From NCBI GenBank assembly GCA_018402235.1, contig JAGYJJ010000005.1:346561-410560 (forward strand): 64,000 nucleotides of DNA, in the 5' to 3' direction. The notes under the pieces are model-generated. The model was not told where the DNA came from and searched no databases. It was given only the letters and a program-made list of their open reading frames with translations. Position numbers and translations under genes: made by a program. The stretch comes from Candidatus Nanopelagicales bacterium. Its GTDB lineage: Bacteria; Actinomycetota; Actinomycetes; S36-B12. Each line of letters begins with the position of its first letter. Position 1 is the first letter of the stretch. Positions 50,903 to 59,856 of the stretch are shown here, in pieces.

Positions 50903-51849
50903 TAGCCGTTCTCCTTCAATCGTTCGAACCACACTCGAGCTTCGGTGAAGTCCACATCGGTCACACCATCGCGCAGCACCGGAGCGCGACCATCGTGGCG
51001 TGGATAGGAGCCGAGGTAGCGCACGTCCAAGCACACCCGGTGCAGACCCTTGAGGGCCTCGGAGATCCGCTCGTCGGCAACGTGACCTTCGACGTCCACG
51101 CTGAAGTAGTAATCACCGAGCACCTTCTTGGTGGGCCGGGATTCGATGCGCGTGAGGTTCACCCCGCGCACCGCGAACTCCGTCAAGATGCCCAAGAGCG
51201 CACCGGGCTGGTCCTGGTGGATGAACAAGGAAAGTGTGGTCTTGTCCGCGCCCGTGGGCGCGGGTATCGGACCTGGCTTGCGCACCACTACGAAGCGCGT
51301 GGTGGCATCGGAGGTGTCGGCGATCTCATCAGCCAAAATCTCAAGCCCGTAAATATCCGCAGCGATGCGCTGGGAAATTGCGGCATCGAAGGGCGCCGGA
51401 TCCTCCAGCAGCGCAGCAGCGGCAGCGGCGGTGGACATCGCCGGGATCACCGCAGCCTCCGGTAAATGCCGACCAAGCCATCCCCGCACCTGCGCCTGCG
51501 CATGCGGGTGCGTGGCGATTCGGCGCACGTCAGAAAGCGCAACGCCCGGTCGCGCGAGCAGCGAGAACTGCACCGGCAGCACAACTTCATCGACGATCAC
51601 CAAGCGCTGCCCGCTGCCGAGCTCGTCTAACGTTGCGGATACCGATCCCTCAACCGAGTTTTCGATCGGGACGAGCGCGTAGTCAACAACGTCGTCGCGC
51701 ACTGCCTCAAGCGCAGCGGGAACGGATGTGGCCGGCAACAATTCAGCACCGGAAGAACCCGGCCACTTCAACACCGCGGCCTCGGCGAACGATCCGCGCG
51801 GTCCGAGATACGTCACCGCACGGTTGTCGGTTCCAGCGCCGATGCTCAT
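50902..51849 (-). CDS. pheA: Prephenate dehydratase
   Basis: YLGPRGSF, PIENSVEG, TRF, ACT domain NLTRIESRP. Confidence 0.96.
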   Translation of the reverse strand: MSIGAGTDNRAVTYLGPRGSFAEAAVLKWPGSSGAELLPATSVPAALEAVRDDVVDYALVPIENSVEGSVSATLDELGSGQRLVIVDEVVLPVQFSLLARPGVALSDVRRIATHPHAQAQVRGWLGRHLPEAAVIPAMSTAAAAAALLEDPAPFDAAISQRIAADIYGLEILADEIADTSDATTRFVVVRKPGPIPAPTGADKTTLSLFIHQDQPGALLGILTEFAVRGVNLTRIESRPTKKVLGDYYFSVDVEGHVADERISEALKGLHRVCLDVRYLGSYPRHDGRAPVLRDGVTDVDFTEARVWFERLKENG

Positions 51850-52337
51850 GACCCACCACCTTTGGCGATCGTGACCGCTTCCTGCTCTTCGGGCGACAAC
51901 GGAATATCGGGGCGTCCTTGCGCGATGCCCTTCAAGTACGAGCGCGTCTCTTGCCGGCCATGGATGGACGTGATGATCAAGCCGTCGCCGGTGTCGTCCA
52001 GCAGCGCCGCGGAGAAGGAGTAACGCCCGGCCATGTCGCCGTAGGCGTCGTAGCGCACCACCGACACATGGCGCAGCGCCAGATTCAAGTCCGCGCGCAC
52101 CGAGTCCACGCGCTTGCCGAGCTCATGGACGTCCGAACTCAACTCCAAGAACTCCTCGCGCGTGCGGGCGAGAACGTCCACGTAGGTCTCCCGACCCTCG
52201 GCCACCGAGAGCAGGTCGTAGGAGCGCTGCAGCCGAGCGAGCCGGAACCACGCCAAGGCAGCTAGGACCACGCCCACCAATCCCACGACCACGCCCACGA
52301 GGGCGAGGATCACGGCAGCTTGGGCGTCCAACGTCAC
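51846..52337 (-). CDS. DUF4446 family protein
   Basis: N-terminal TM, VVRYDAY.DM.G..SFS.ALLD..GDG, LSPEE. Confidence 0.85.
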   Translation of the reverse strand: MTLDAQAAVILALVGVVVGLVGVVLAALAWFRLARLQRSYDLLSVAEGRETYVDVLARTREEFLELSSDVHELGKRVDSVRADLNLALRHVSVVRYDAYGDMAGRYSFSAALLDDTGDGLIITSIHGRQETRSYLKGIAQGRPDIPLSPEEQEAVTIAKGGGS

Positions 52338-52432
52338 CCCCGCAGGGTAGTGGTGGGCCCGTGATTGACTTCCCTCGTGCTTCCCCCACAGTCAGACACC
52401 GTCGAGCCTGCACGAGACCCGGCAGCTAACCG

Positions 52433-53068
52433 GTGATCGACTTCGCCGTGCTGGCCACCACAGCCGCACTCATCTTCCCCGCGGAACTGCCCGATAAGAC
52501 ATTTATCGCCACCCTGGTGCTGGCTACCCGTTTCCCCCGGCGCGCGGTCTGGCTCGGCGTTATCGCGGCCTTCGCGGTCCAGGTCACGATCGCGGTGCTG
52601 GCCGGCGGCCTGCTGTCCCTCGCCCCGCAACAGTTGGTCCTAGGAATCGTGTTCGTGCTGTTCGTCGTTGGCGCTTTCATCTTGATCCGCCAGGGACTCA
52701 TGAGTCGCGCCGTTGCTCTCGCGCAGGCCGATGAGGAGATCACCAAGACCGAGAACGCCGAGCAGATAACCCACATGCCGCTGCGTCCGGGGTTCTTGAT
52801 GGTGTTCACCACGAGCTTCGCAGTGATCTTCACCGCCGAATGGGGCGACCTTTCGCAACTGTTCACAGCGGGCCTCGCTGCGCGCACCGGCGATCCGCTC
52901 AGCGTGGGCCTTGGTGCGTGGATTGCGCTCGCGACCGTTGCTGCGCTCGCCACGTTCATCGGTGGTTACGTGCAAGATCGCTTCCCGCTGTACCGAATTC
53001 GTCTCGTCTCTGGTGCGATCCTCGCGGCGCTCGCGATCTGGACGGCGATCGAGTTTTTCAGGCGTTAA
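52433..53068 (+). CDS. TMEM165/GDT1 family cation transporter
   Basis: Duplicated motif ELPDKT and EWGDLSQ. Confidence 0.92.
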   Translation: MIDFAVLATTAALIFPAELPDKTFIATLVLATRFPRRAVWLGVIAAFAVQVTIAVLAGGLLSLAPQQLVLGIVFVLFVVGAFILIRQGLMSRAVALAQADEEITKTENAEQITHMPLRPGFLMVFTTSFAVIFTAEWGDLSQLFTAGLAARTGDPLSVGLGAWIALATVAALATFIGGYVQDRFPLYRIRLVSGAILAALAIWTAIEFFRR

Positions 53069-53095
53069 GCAAAAGCGGCAAACAACGACGACGCC

Positions 53096-54064
53096 TTACC
53101 GCAGCGTCACCTGACGGTTCGTCAACCCTGCGCGCGCCCGGCGCTGCTCATCCGTGAGCGGCGACGAATCAGCCAGCGCCTCGGCCAACCGCTCACCGAA
53201 TGCAGCGGCCGGGGCTTCCGTTGCCTCGGCGCCCATGCCGAGCGGCAAGTCCCATACCGGCGCCACAACACCGCACGCGCGGAACATGCCCACGTAGCGC
53301 GTGTCCGGGCCGAGATCGTCGGCGCCCGCTGCGTGCAATCGCGCCAACGCGTTCAGCAGATCGTTCTCCGGCGTGGGCATGATCCAGCGCAGGTGTTCCT
53401 TCGGCGCCCATCTGCGTCCAATAGGCCGCTTCCACGCCGGTCAACTTGGCAGTCGGGTTCGCGTATTCCTTCGCGCGTTCCAACGACGCCCGAACGTCGC
53501 CGCTCATTTCATCGGGTGATCCGTCAATCCAGAAATCGAAGTTCTCGTGCACGGTGATGTCCGAGTTTCACCGACGGATCGAGCACGTCCTGCAGCAACG
53601 GGGTCTCCTCGGTAACCCGACCCATTCCCACCGGCTCCCCGGCTTCGGCCGCCAGCGCGTTTACAAGTGCGTCGGCGTAATCACGGGATGCATCACCTGA
53701 TCCTGTGGTGACCTGCAAACCCAGGAGGATCGAACCGTCCGCGCGGACCAAAGCCGGCCACGCCATCGGCAGAACGGTCGCCAACGTGACCGCACGATCG
53801 GACGCGTATTTCTTGGCCAAGGTCAACGGCGCAGTGGCTGACGGCACGAGTTCGCGCAGCGCTACGAGATCGCACTCAGATGCGAAGCCCTCGAAGGGGC
53901 GAGCATTGGGCTGCACGCCTCGCGCGCTGTCGCGGCCATGGCACGCCTTATAGCGACGACCAGATCCGCACGGACACGGTTCGCGCATGCCCACAACCGG
54001 CACATCCCCGTCCACCACGACCGCGCCAGCACTTGCCGCCGCCGCGCTTCGACTTCTTGCCCAT
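53096..54064 (-). CDS. DUF5926 family SEC-C protein (several frameshifts)
   Basis: CPCGSGRRYKACHG, RPFEG...ECD.VALRELVPSATA, FRA.G..APVWDL, RAGLTNRQVTLR. Confidence 0.85.
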
Positions 54065-54259
54065 GCTTCTCCCAATCGCCGATTCGCACATCCGCCCCGA
54101 AACTGCGTGCCGAACCTACCCACACCGTTTCCCCGGGACTTCGGGGGATCCGCTCTGCTTCCCCCGGAATCCAGACCCGTCTGCCCGAATCCCCCGTATC
54201 CGAAGACTCCACCGAGCCGAACCCTGGAACCTGGTCCAATCTCGTGTCACGATGGGCCG

Positions 54260-54433
54260 GTGCCAGTAACTGTCTATCTGCGCGATTTGGACGACGACGT
54301 CTACCAGCGTCTGGAACAACTCGCTAGGAAGGCAGGCCTGTCAGTCGAGGCTTTGCTGAAGGCCCGCATCGAACAGTTGGCGAATCGTCCCGTTGCTGAA
54401 CGCCTGGCCCGGGCTCACGATCCGATCGCGTAG
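54260..54433 (+). CDS. FitA-like ribbon-helix-helix antitoxin (orphan)
   Basis: TVYLRDLDDDVYQRL...A..AGLSVE..L; no toxin gene follows. Confidence 0.65.
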   Translation: MPVTVYLRDLDDDVYQRLEQLARKAGLSVEALLKARIEQLANRPVAERLARAHDPIA

Positions 54434-54452
54434 CCGTGCTTTACAAGCACGA

Positions 54453-55259
54453 TCATGCCGAGTGATTTCGGTCCCAGGAAGCCAACCACCCCAGCACCTT
54501 GCCGGGCCGATTGCTGATCACCACATCCACACCCTGATCAACGCACACCTGAAGGTCTTCCTTCTCATCCACCGTCCACACATGCACCTGCCCGCCGGCA
54601 GCGTGCACACGAGCTGCGTATCCCGGGTGCGCCTTCAACACCTCGATCGACGGCCCGGATGCGAACACCCCTGGCGGCAACGATCCGTCGCGATACGGCC
54701 ACCAGATGCGGTCCATCAAGAACACGGTCGGCACCGCAGGCGCAAACTTTTGCATCCGCAGCACCGCCATCCGCGAGAAACTCATCATCCGCACCGGTGC
54801 AACACCATCAGCGCGCGGTCGGTCCAATCCATAACGCGCGAGCACATCGGCCAACTCGCGCTCTACATAACCGCCATAGCGCACCGGATGCTTCGTTTCG
54901 ATAGCGAAGCGAATGTCAGCACGTTTGTCCAAGGTTGCGGCGAGCATCGTCTCCAACGTCAGCAACCGCGTGCGCGTTCCATCCCCGGGTTCTTCGAAGT
55001 CGTGCCAGGCCCAGTAACTGAAATCGTGCTGACTCAACTCGGACATGTGCCGAGCGGACACCGTTCCCCGCCCCTTCGAGGTGCGATTGATCCGGCGATC
55101 GTGCACGCACACCAATGTTCCGTCGGCTGTTAATCGAACGTCGCACTCAAGTGCATCCGCGCCATCCTCAATGGCTTGCAGATACGCCGCCAGCGTGTGC
55201 TCGGGTTCCACCGACGACGAGCCACGGTGCGCCACCACCTCGGGTCGGTGCGCCGTCAC
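54453..55259 (-). CDS. Glycerophosphodiester phosphodiesterase
   Basis: AHRG, PEHT, ECDVRLT.DG, HD, ETKHP, WTVD, ISN.P. Confidence 0.93.
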   Translation of the reverse strand: MTAHRPEVVAHRGSSSVEPEHTLAAYLQAIEDGADALECDVRLTADGTLVCVHDRRINRTSKGRGTVSARHMSELSQHDFSYWAWHDFEEPGDGTRTRLLTLETMLAATLDKRADIRFAIETKHPVRYGGYVERELADVLARYGLDRPRADGVAPVRMMSFSRMAVLRMQKFAPAVPTVFLMDRIWWPYRDGSLPPGVFASGPSIEVLKAHPGYAARVHAAGGQVHVWTVDEKEDLQVCVDQGVDVVISNRPGKVLGWLASWDRNHSA

Positions 55260-55398
55260 GGCCGAAGCCTTGCATGTCCTGAGTTGAGCCGGCGTCAGAT
55301 CGACGTGCAATCAGCAACCAGCCACCAGCCACCAGCCACCAGCCATAGTGTGCCTAGGACCCTTTACTTAATTGATTCTACCCACCTAGGCTATTGTA

Positions 55399-55609
55399 GT
55401 GAAACGAAGAGGACCTCATCAAAGTCTTGCGCTCCACGGCAAAGCAGGCGGGCATTGAGTTCTCGTTCGTCCGGAACGGTGCAAATCACGACATCTACCG
55501 ATGGGACACAGTCTTGATCGTTATCCCACGGCACAACGAAATCAATGAGATGACCGCGCGCGGAATCATCAAGGACGCCGAGGAACACCTGAAAGGAGGC
55601 CGACCATGA
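55399..55609 (+). CDS. hicA: HicA family toxin (one extra base near 55406)
   Basis: VKR-shift-EDLIKVL...R.GANHD......IPRH.EI...TARGI. Confidence 0.82.
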
Positions 55610-56118
55610 AGATCTACAAGGTCACCGCAACGCGCGACGATGGCTGGTGGGTGATTAACGCCGAAGTTCCCGGCGCATTCGTGTGGACCCAAGCCCGTCG
55701 CCTCGAACAAGTGGAGCCGATGGCCCGAGACGCAATCGCCTTGACGCTAGACGTTCCCGAAGATTCCTTCGGCTTGAACATCATCACCAACGTTCCTGAG
55801 GAAATCCGAATGCAGGTCGACGCTGCCAGGCAGCTGGCCGAATTGTCGGAGGAGTTTCAATCACTCACAGCGCACCTTCGACGTCAGTTGGCTGCACACC
55901 TTCGCGAAAGTGGCTTCACCGTGCGCGATAGCGGCGAACTCATTGGTGTCTCCTCGCAGCGAATCTCGCAACTACTTGCGGATGTGAGCCGCGAATCTTC
56001 CCCATCGGTTATCAACGAACTCGTCGACAACATCACCATCCAATTGAAGCCTGCGCAAGAACTCCTAGATGAACTGGCGCGCACCAGGGTTCACGATTCG
56101 GCGGGTAAGCGTGGCTGA
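55606..56118 (+). CDS. hicB: HicB-like antitoxin with C-terminal HTH
   Basis: Y.V...R..GWW, TQARRL..VE.MARDAIA, G.TVRD.G.LIGVS.QRISQL; ATGA overlap. Confidence 0.8.
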   Translation: MKIYKVTATRDDGWWVINAEVPGAFVWTQARRLEQVEPMARDAIALTLDVPEDSFGLNIITNVPEEIRMQVDAARQLAELSEEFQSLTAHLRRQLAAHLRESGFTVRDSGELIGVSSQRISQLLADVSRESSPSVINELVDNITIQLKPAQELLDELARTRVHDSAGKRG

Positions 56119-56779
56119 ATCCACAAAGCCCGAGATCGTCCTGTTCGATCTCGACGGCACCCTGACCGACGCCGCCCCCGGCATCGTCAACGGCATGCGC
56201 ATCGTCTTCGACCGCTTCAACATCGAGCAGCCGGACGAGACAACCATGCGCAGCTACCTTGGACCGCCACTCGCGGTGACCTGGCGCGAGCACTACAACT
56301 TCACCGACGAGCAGATCACCCAGGCTCTTGCGATCTATCGCGAGTATTACCACGACGTTGGCATGTTTGAGAACGAGGTTTTCGAGGGCATCCCCGAATT
56401 ACTTCAGCAACTCAATAACGACGACGTCATCCTTGCCACCGCCACATCGAAGCCGGACTTCTCCGCCACCCGCATCATCGAGCACTTCGGTTTGCGCAAT
56501 CACTTTGCATTCATCGGTGCTGCGAACCTCGAAGGCACTCGCGATTCCAAGGCGCTGGTCGTCGGGCACACCCTCGAACAACTCAAAGCCAACTCGACAA
56601 CGCACCGCATTCTCATGGTGGGCGATCGTCATCACGATGTCCACGGCGCCCGCGAGTACGGCATCGACACCATCGGGGTGTTGTGGGGCTACGGCGACGC
56701 CAACGAGCTCACCGAGGCCGGCGCCATCACGCTCGTCCAGAATCCTCAGGAACTGCGCGCGGAGATCCTTTCTGGATAA
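56111..56779 (+). CDS. HAD hydrolase (phosphoglycolate phosphatase/5'-nucleotidase-like)
   Basis: FDLDGTL, GPPL, ATSK, MVGDR.HD, V.WGYG. Confidence 0.92.
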   Translation: MAESTKPEIVLFDLDGTLTDAAPGIVNGMRIVFDRFNIEQPDETTMRSYLGPPLAVTWREHYNFTDEQITQALAIYREYYHDVGMFENEVFEGIPELLQQLNNDDVILATATSKPDFSATRIIEHFGLRNHFAFIGAANLEGTRDSKALVVGHTLEQLKANSTTHRILMVGDRHHDVHGAREYGIDTIGVLWGYGDANELTEAGAITLVQNPQELRAEILSG

Positions 56780-56839
56780 ACACAAAATTCACAACATAAA
56801 CGATTAACTTTTGTGTTTTTTGTGTTTATTTCATACCAT
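56776..56839 (+). promoter_or_regulatory. AT-rich operator/promoter of the HTH-DUF6036 operon
   Basis: ATAAACACAAAA (56776) / TTTTGTGTTTAT (56818) perfect 12-bp inverted repeat, tandem TTTTGTGTTT, and TACCAT -10-like box 6 nt before ATG 56846. Confidence 0.6.
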
Positions 56840-56845
56840 TGACCC

Positions 56846-57373
56846 ATGCGCGCGACCCACGCTCAAACCCTGGCCGGACGGGAAGGGGACCAACTCCTGA
56901 CCACCGGCGAAGCTGCACGCGTTCTCGGGGTTTCGCGGCAGCATGTTGTCGATTTGTGCGAGGCAGGAGACCTACCTCACACACTCGTGGGAAAGCACCG
57001 GCGCGTGTATCAGTCAGATGTCGAAGCGGTCCGCACCGGTCGGACTCGAATGAACCGCCAGGACCTTCAGTCGCTGATCCTCGCGTATGCCGTCGCGGGC
57101 GAGATCGTCCGAAATCCGAAAGCCACCATCACGAAAGCGAAACACAACCTTGCTGCGATGAAGGACTCACCGAGCAGGGGTTCAACTCGCGTATGGCTCA
57201 ACGAATGGGAGTCGCTGCTCAATGGCCCCATGATCAACCTGCTTCAAGCGTTGACAGCATCGACACAGCGCTCACGTGAACTCCGACAGAACTCACCATT
57301 CGCTGGTGTTATTTCAGATGAGACCCGGCGAAACGCACTAAATCTCGCGCGAGTGGGACACGCACCCCTATGA
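56846..57373 (+). CDS. Excisionase-type (HTH_17) DNA-binding protein with a C-terminal helical domain
   Basis: LLTTGEAARVLGVSRQHVV.L...G.LP...VG.HRRV; C-terminal W..LL...ELRQNSPFAGV. Confidence 0.85.
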   Translation: MRATHAQTLAGREGDQLLTTGEAARVLGVSRQHVVDLCEAGDLPHTLVGKHRRVYQSDVEAVRTGRTRMNRQDLQSLILAYAVAGEIVRNPKATITKAKHNLAAMKDSPSRGSTRVWLNEWESLLNGPMINLLQALTASTQRSRELRQNSPFAGVISDETRRNALNLARVGHAPL

Positions 57374-57903
57374 CTCGAGAACAACTAGCTCACTTGTTGC
57401 GTGCAGCGTCGCGCATTGCGGAAGACACAGATGTCCTAGTCATCGGTTCACAGGCGATTCTCGGGTCGTTCAGCGAAGACGACCTGCCTGAGGAAGCGTG
57501 GATTTCTATCGAAGCCGATCTCACCTTTCTGGACGACCCTGACGGAACAAAAGCTCTCAAAGTCGATGGAGCGATTGGAGAGCTTTCCAATTTTCATGAG
57601 ATGTACGCCTACTACTCGCAGGGAGTCGACATCTCGGTTGCAATTCTTCCCGATGGCTGGCGTGATCGCTTGGTTCCGTTTCGTCCGCAGTCGGCCCTCC
57701 CGGCCCAAGCGTGGTGTCTTGAACCGCACGACCTCGCGATCTCAAAGCTCGCCGCCTCACGCCATAAGGACACCGTTTTCGCGCAAGCTCTACTTGAAGC
57801 CCAACTCTTGCGGCACCCGACTCTTGTGGAGCGCGCGAGTGAACTTGATGATCGCTACTCGCGCCAACGACGCTGGATCCTTGATTGGCTCAATCGGCAC
57901 TAG
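57370..57903 (+). CDS. DUF6036-type predicted nucleotidyltransferase
   Basis: VIGSQAILG, S.EAD, DG.IGE.S.FH, LP.GWRDRL, DLA.SKL.A.R.KD; ATGA coupling. Confidence 0.75.
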   Translation: MTREQLAHLLRAASRIAEDTDVLVIGSQAILGSFSEDDLPEEAWISIEADLTFLDDPDGTKALKVDGAIGELSNFHEMYAYYSQGVDISVAILPDGWRDRLVPFRPQSALPAQAWCLEPHDLAISKLAASRHKDTVFAQALLEAQLLRHPTLVERASELDDRYSRQRRWILDWLNRH

Positions 57904-57908
57904 TCGGA

Positions 57909-59081
57909 CTATCTAAGGGCTGTCGCGCGAAGTCCCTCCACCCTCGCATCGCAACTCCACCACGGCTCGAAAGATTCGTCACCCCCATACACAACACTCG
58001 GCTGCGCCCAAGTCACATTCGACATCCGCTGCTGCCACATCGAAAGCGGCTTCCCCCAATCCGACGCAACCGTCGCCCCGGATTTGAATTCCACTGCAGC
58101 AAACTTTCCCGCATCTTCGAAGACCACATCGATCTCAGCGCCTTGCTTGTCCCGCAGATAGGTAAGTCGGGTATCTATTCCAGCATTGCGCCATGCCTTC
58201 AAGACCTCGGTCACGCCCCACGTCTCAAATAGCGCCCCGCGCAATGGGTGTCCCGCGATCTGCGATGCATCACGAATTCCCAGTAGGTAGGCCATGAGAC
58301 CGACATCTACGAATACGAGTTTCGGCTGCTTGGTTAGCCGCGTCGTGAGGTTGGCGTAGTAGGGCTCAACAAAATCAATGATGTAGGTCGCGCGAAGGAT
58401 AGACAACCATTCTTTGACAGTCACCGAGGAAACACCCACATCCGATCCCAGCGCGGACATGTTCATGATTTGTCCCGAACGTGCGGCACACATACGTAGG
58501 AATCGACTGAACGTGTCTAGGTCGCGAATCGCAGCGAGTTGGCGAACATCGCGTTCCACGTAGGTTGCTACATAGTTGCCGAACCAATCCGCTGGAGCAA
58601 CATCACGGTCAAACAGAGTCGGATAGCCGCCCATCAACATAACGTCGTCCAGGGAATCCGGCATCGCATCTGCAGCGATTAACTCAGCACCAGAAAGCGG
58701 CAGTAGCTCTACCCGCCCAACTCGACCGGCTAATGATTGACCGATCGATTGCGCAATCGCTGGCTGCTGTGATCCGGTGAGTACGAACTGGCCCATCTGC
58801 CCGGACGCATCGACGATCCCTTGAATCCACGACGGCAATTCCGGGGCAGCCTGGATTTCATCGAGTATCGCGCCGTCGGGGAATCGCGCGAGAAATCCTC
58901 GTGGATCACTCGCTGCGAACTCGCGTTCGTCGGGCTGCTCAAGTGATACGTACGGCAGATCCGGCCGAAGGTGCTGCGCGAGGGTGGTCTTGCCGGATTG
59001 CCGGGGGCCGGTCAACCACACGACCGGAAAACCGCGCTCGAGCCGGCTCGCTGTCGCTGCCGCCACTCGAGGAATGAACAT
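57909..59081 (-). CDS. AAA+ ATPase with DUF4143 / PD-(D/E)xK-like C-terminus (COG1373); last codons possibly frameshifted
   Basis: GPRQSGKTT, LDEIQ, LTGS, SLAGR, GGYP, Y..TY.ERD, G.LFE, EID...EFK. Confidence 0.9.
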   Translation of the reverse strand: MFIPRVAAATASRLERGFPVVWLTGPRQSGKTTLAQHLRPDLPYVSLEQPDEREFAASDPRGFLARFPDGAILDEIQAAPELPSWIQGIVDASGQMGQFVLTGSQQPAIAQSIGQSLAGRVGRVELLPLSGAELIAADAMPDSLDDVMLMGGYPTLFDRDVAPADWFGNYVATYVERDVRQLAAIRDLDTFSRFLRMCAARSGQIMNMSALGSDVGVSSVTVKEWLSILRATYIIDFVEPYYANLTTRLTKQPKLVFVDVGLMAYLLGIRDASQIAGHPLRGALFETWGVTEVLKAWRNAGIDTRLTYLRDKQGAEIDVVFEDAGKFAAVEFKSGATVASDWGKPLSMWQQRMSNVTWAQPSVVYGGDESFEPWWSCDARVEGLRATALR

Positions 59082-59115
59082 GGACAAATTTTAACTTACA
59101 CTTTAAATTTGTCCA
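59081..59115. promoter_or_regulatory. AT-rich inverted repeat at the ATPase start
   Basis: TGGACAAATTT-N13-AAATTTGTCCA. Confidence 0.65.
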
Positions 59116-59126
59116 CTTCAAAGGAC

Positions 59127-59507
59127 CTACCCGGTGAAGGCGACCGCCATCGACTTCGTGTACCGCTCGACCACCGCCGCCGGAATGCGCCCACGCTTGG
59201 GGCAGTCGATCCCGTTCGCCGCCGCCCAGGCCCGGATCGTGGCGCTTGCCGCCGGCAATTCCTGCTTTTGGCGGACCGGCGTCCCGCGACCCTCCGAGCC
59301 CACGGAGCTCCCCGAGCCCGACTTCCCGCGCTTGGCCATCGGCACCACGCGGGCCTTCTCCAAGTACGGCCGCAAGGTCTGCTGCAAACCGGCGAACGAC
59401 TCCTCGGTCAGGTCGATGTCGTATTCGACCCCGTCCACCCGCAAACGCCGAGTTGTTGCCCCCGATTCACCGGTGATGTCGTCAATTACTACTACTTGCT
59501 GGGCCAT
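59127..59507 (-). CDS. lsr2: Lsr2 nucleoid-associated protein
   Basis: DD..G, DGVEYDIDL, IRAWA..NG, RGRIP AT-hook. Confidence 0.92.
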   Translation of the reverse strand: MAQQVVVIDDITGESGATTRRLRVDGVEYDIDLTEESFAGLQQTLRPYLEKARVVPMAKRGKSGSGSSVGSEGRGTPVRQKQELPAASATIRAWAAANGIDCPKRGRIPAAVVERYTKSMAVAFTG

Positions 59508-59856
59508 ATGTCAGAACTCCTACGCGGGTTCGGTCAGGAAATTGGAATTCCGCTCGGAAAAACCGCCCACATTTACCGCGATTCTCCGCGCGCCCCCGCT
59601 GAATACTCCAACACTAACCTCATTTCACGGCACCGACAACCGGCATAATGATCGAACAACAGAAAGTCATGACCGGTTTATGACTTTGACCCTGACTTAT
59701 TCGCCAATTATCACTGAAAAGCAGAAAACATTTATCGGTCAAAGACCGCGAACGACGACGCCATCACCCTGCAGCAACTAGGGAGAACCCGACTTGCGCC
59801 CGTCCAGACACGTGTCACACCCCGATCCATAACCGGGCAGCACCTAGCCTGCACAG

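Noticed and set aside
52338-52432. yybP-ykoY riboswitch before the TMEM165/GDT1 gene
   Set aside because: The gap is short and has no recognisable consensus; an Rfam search would be needed.
56846-57373. Excisionase as a marker of an integrated element
   Set aside because: No integrase or att repeats are visible; the HTH_17 domain is fused to another domain and coupled to DUF6036.
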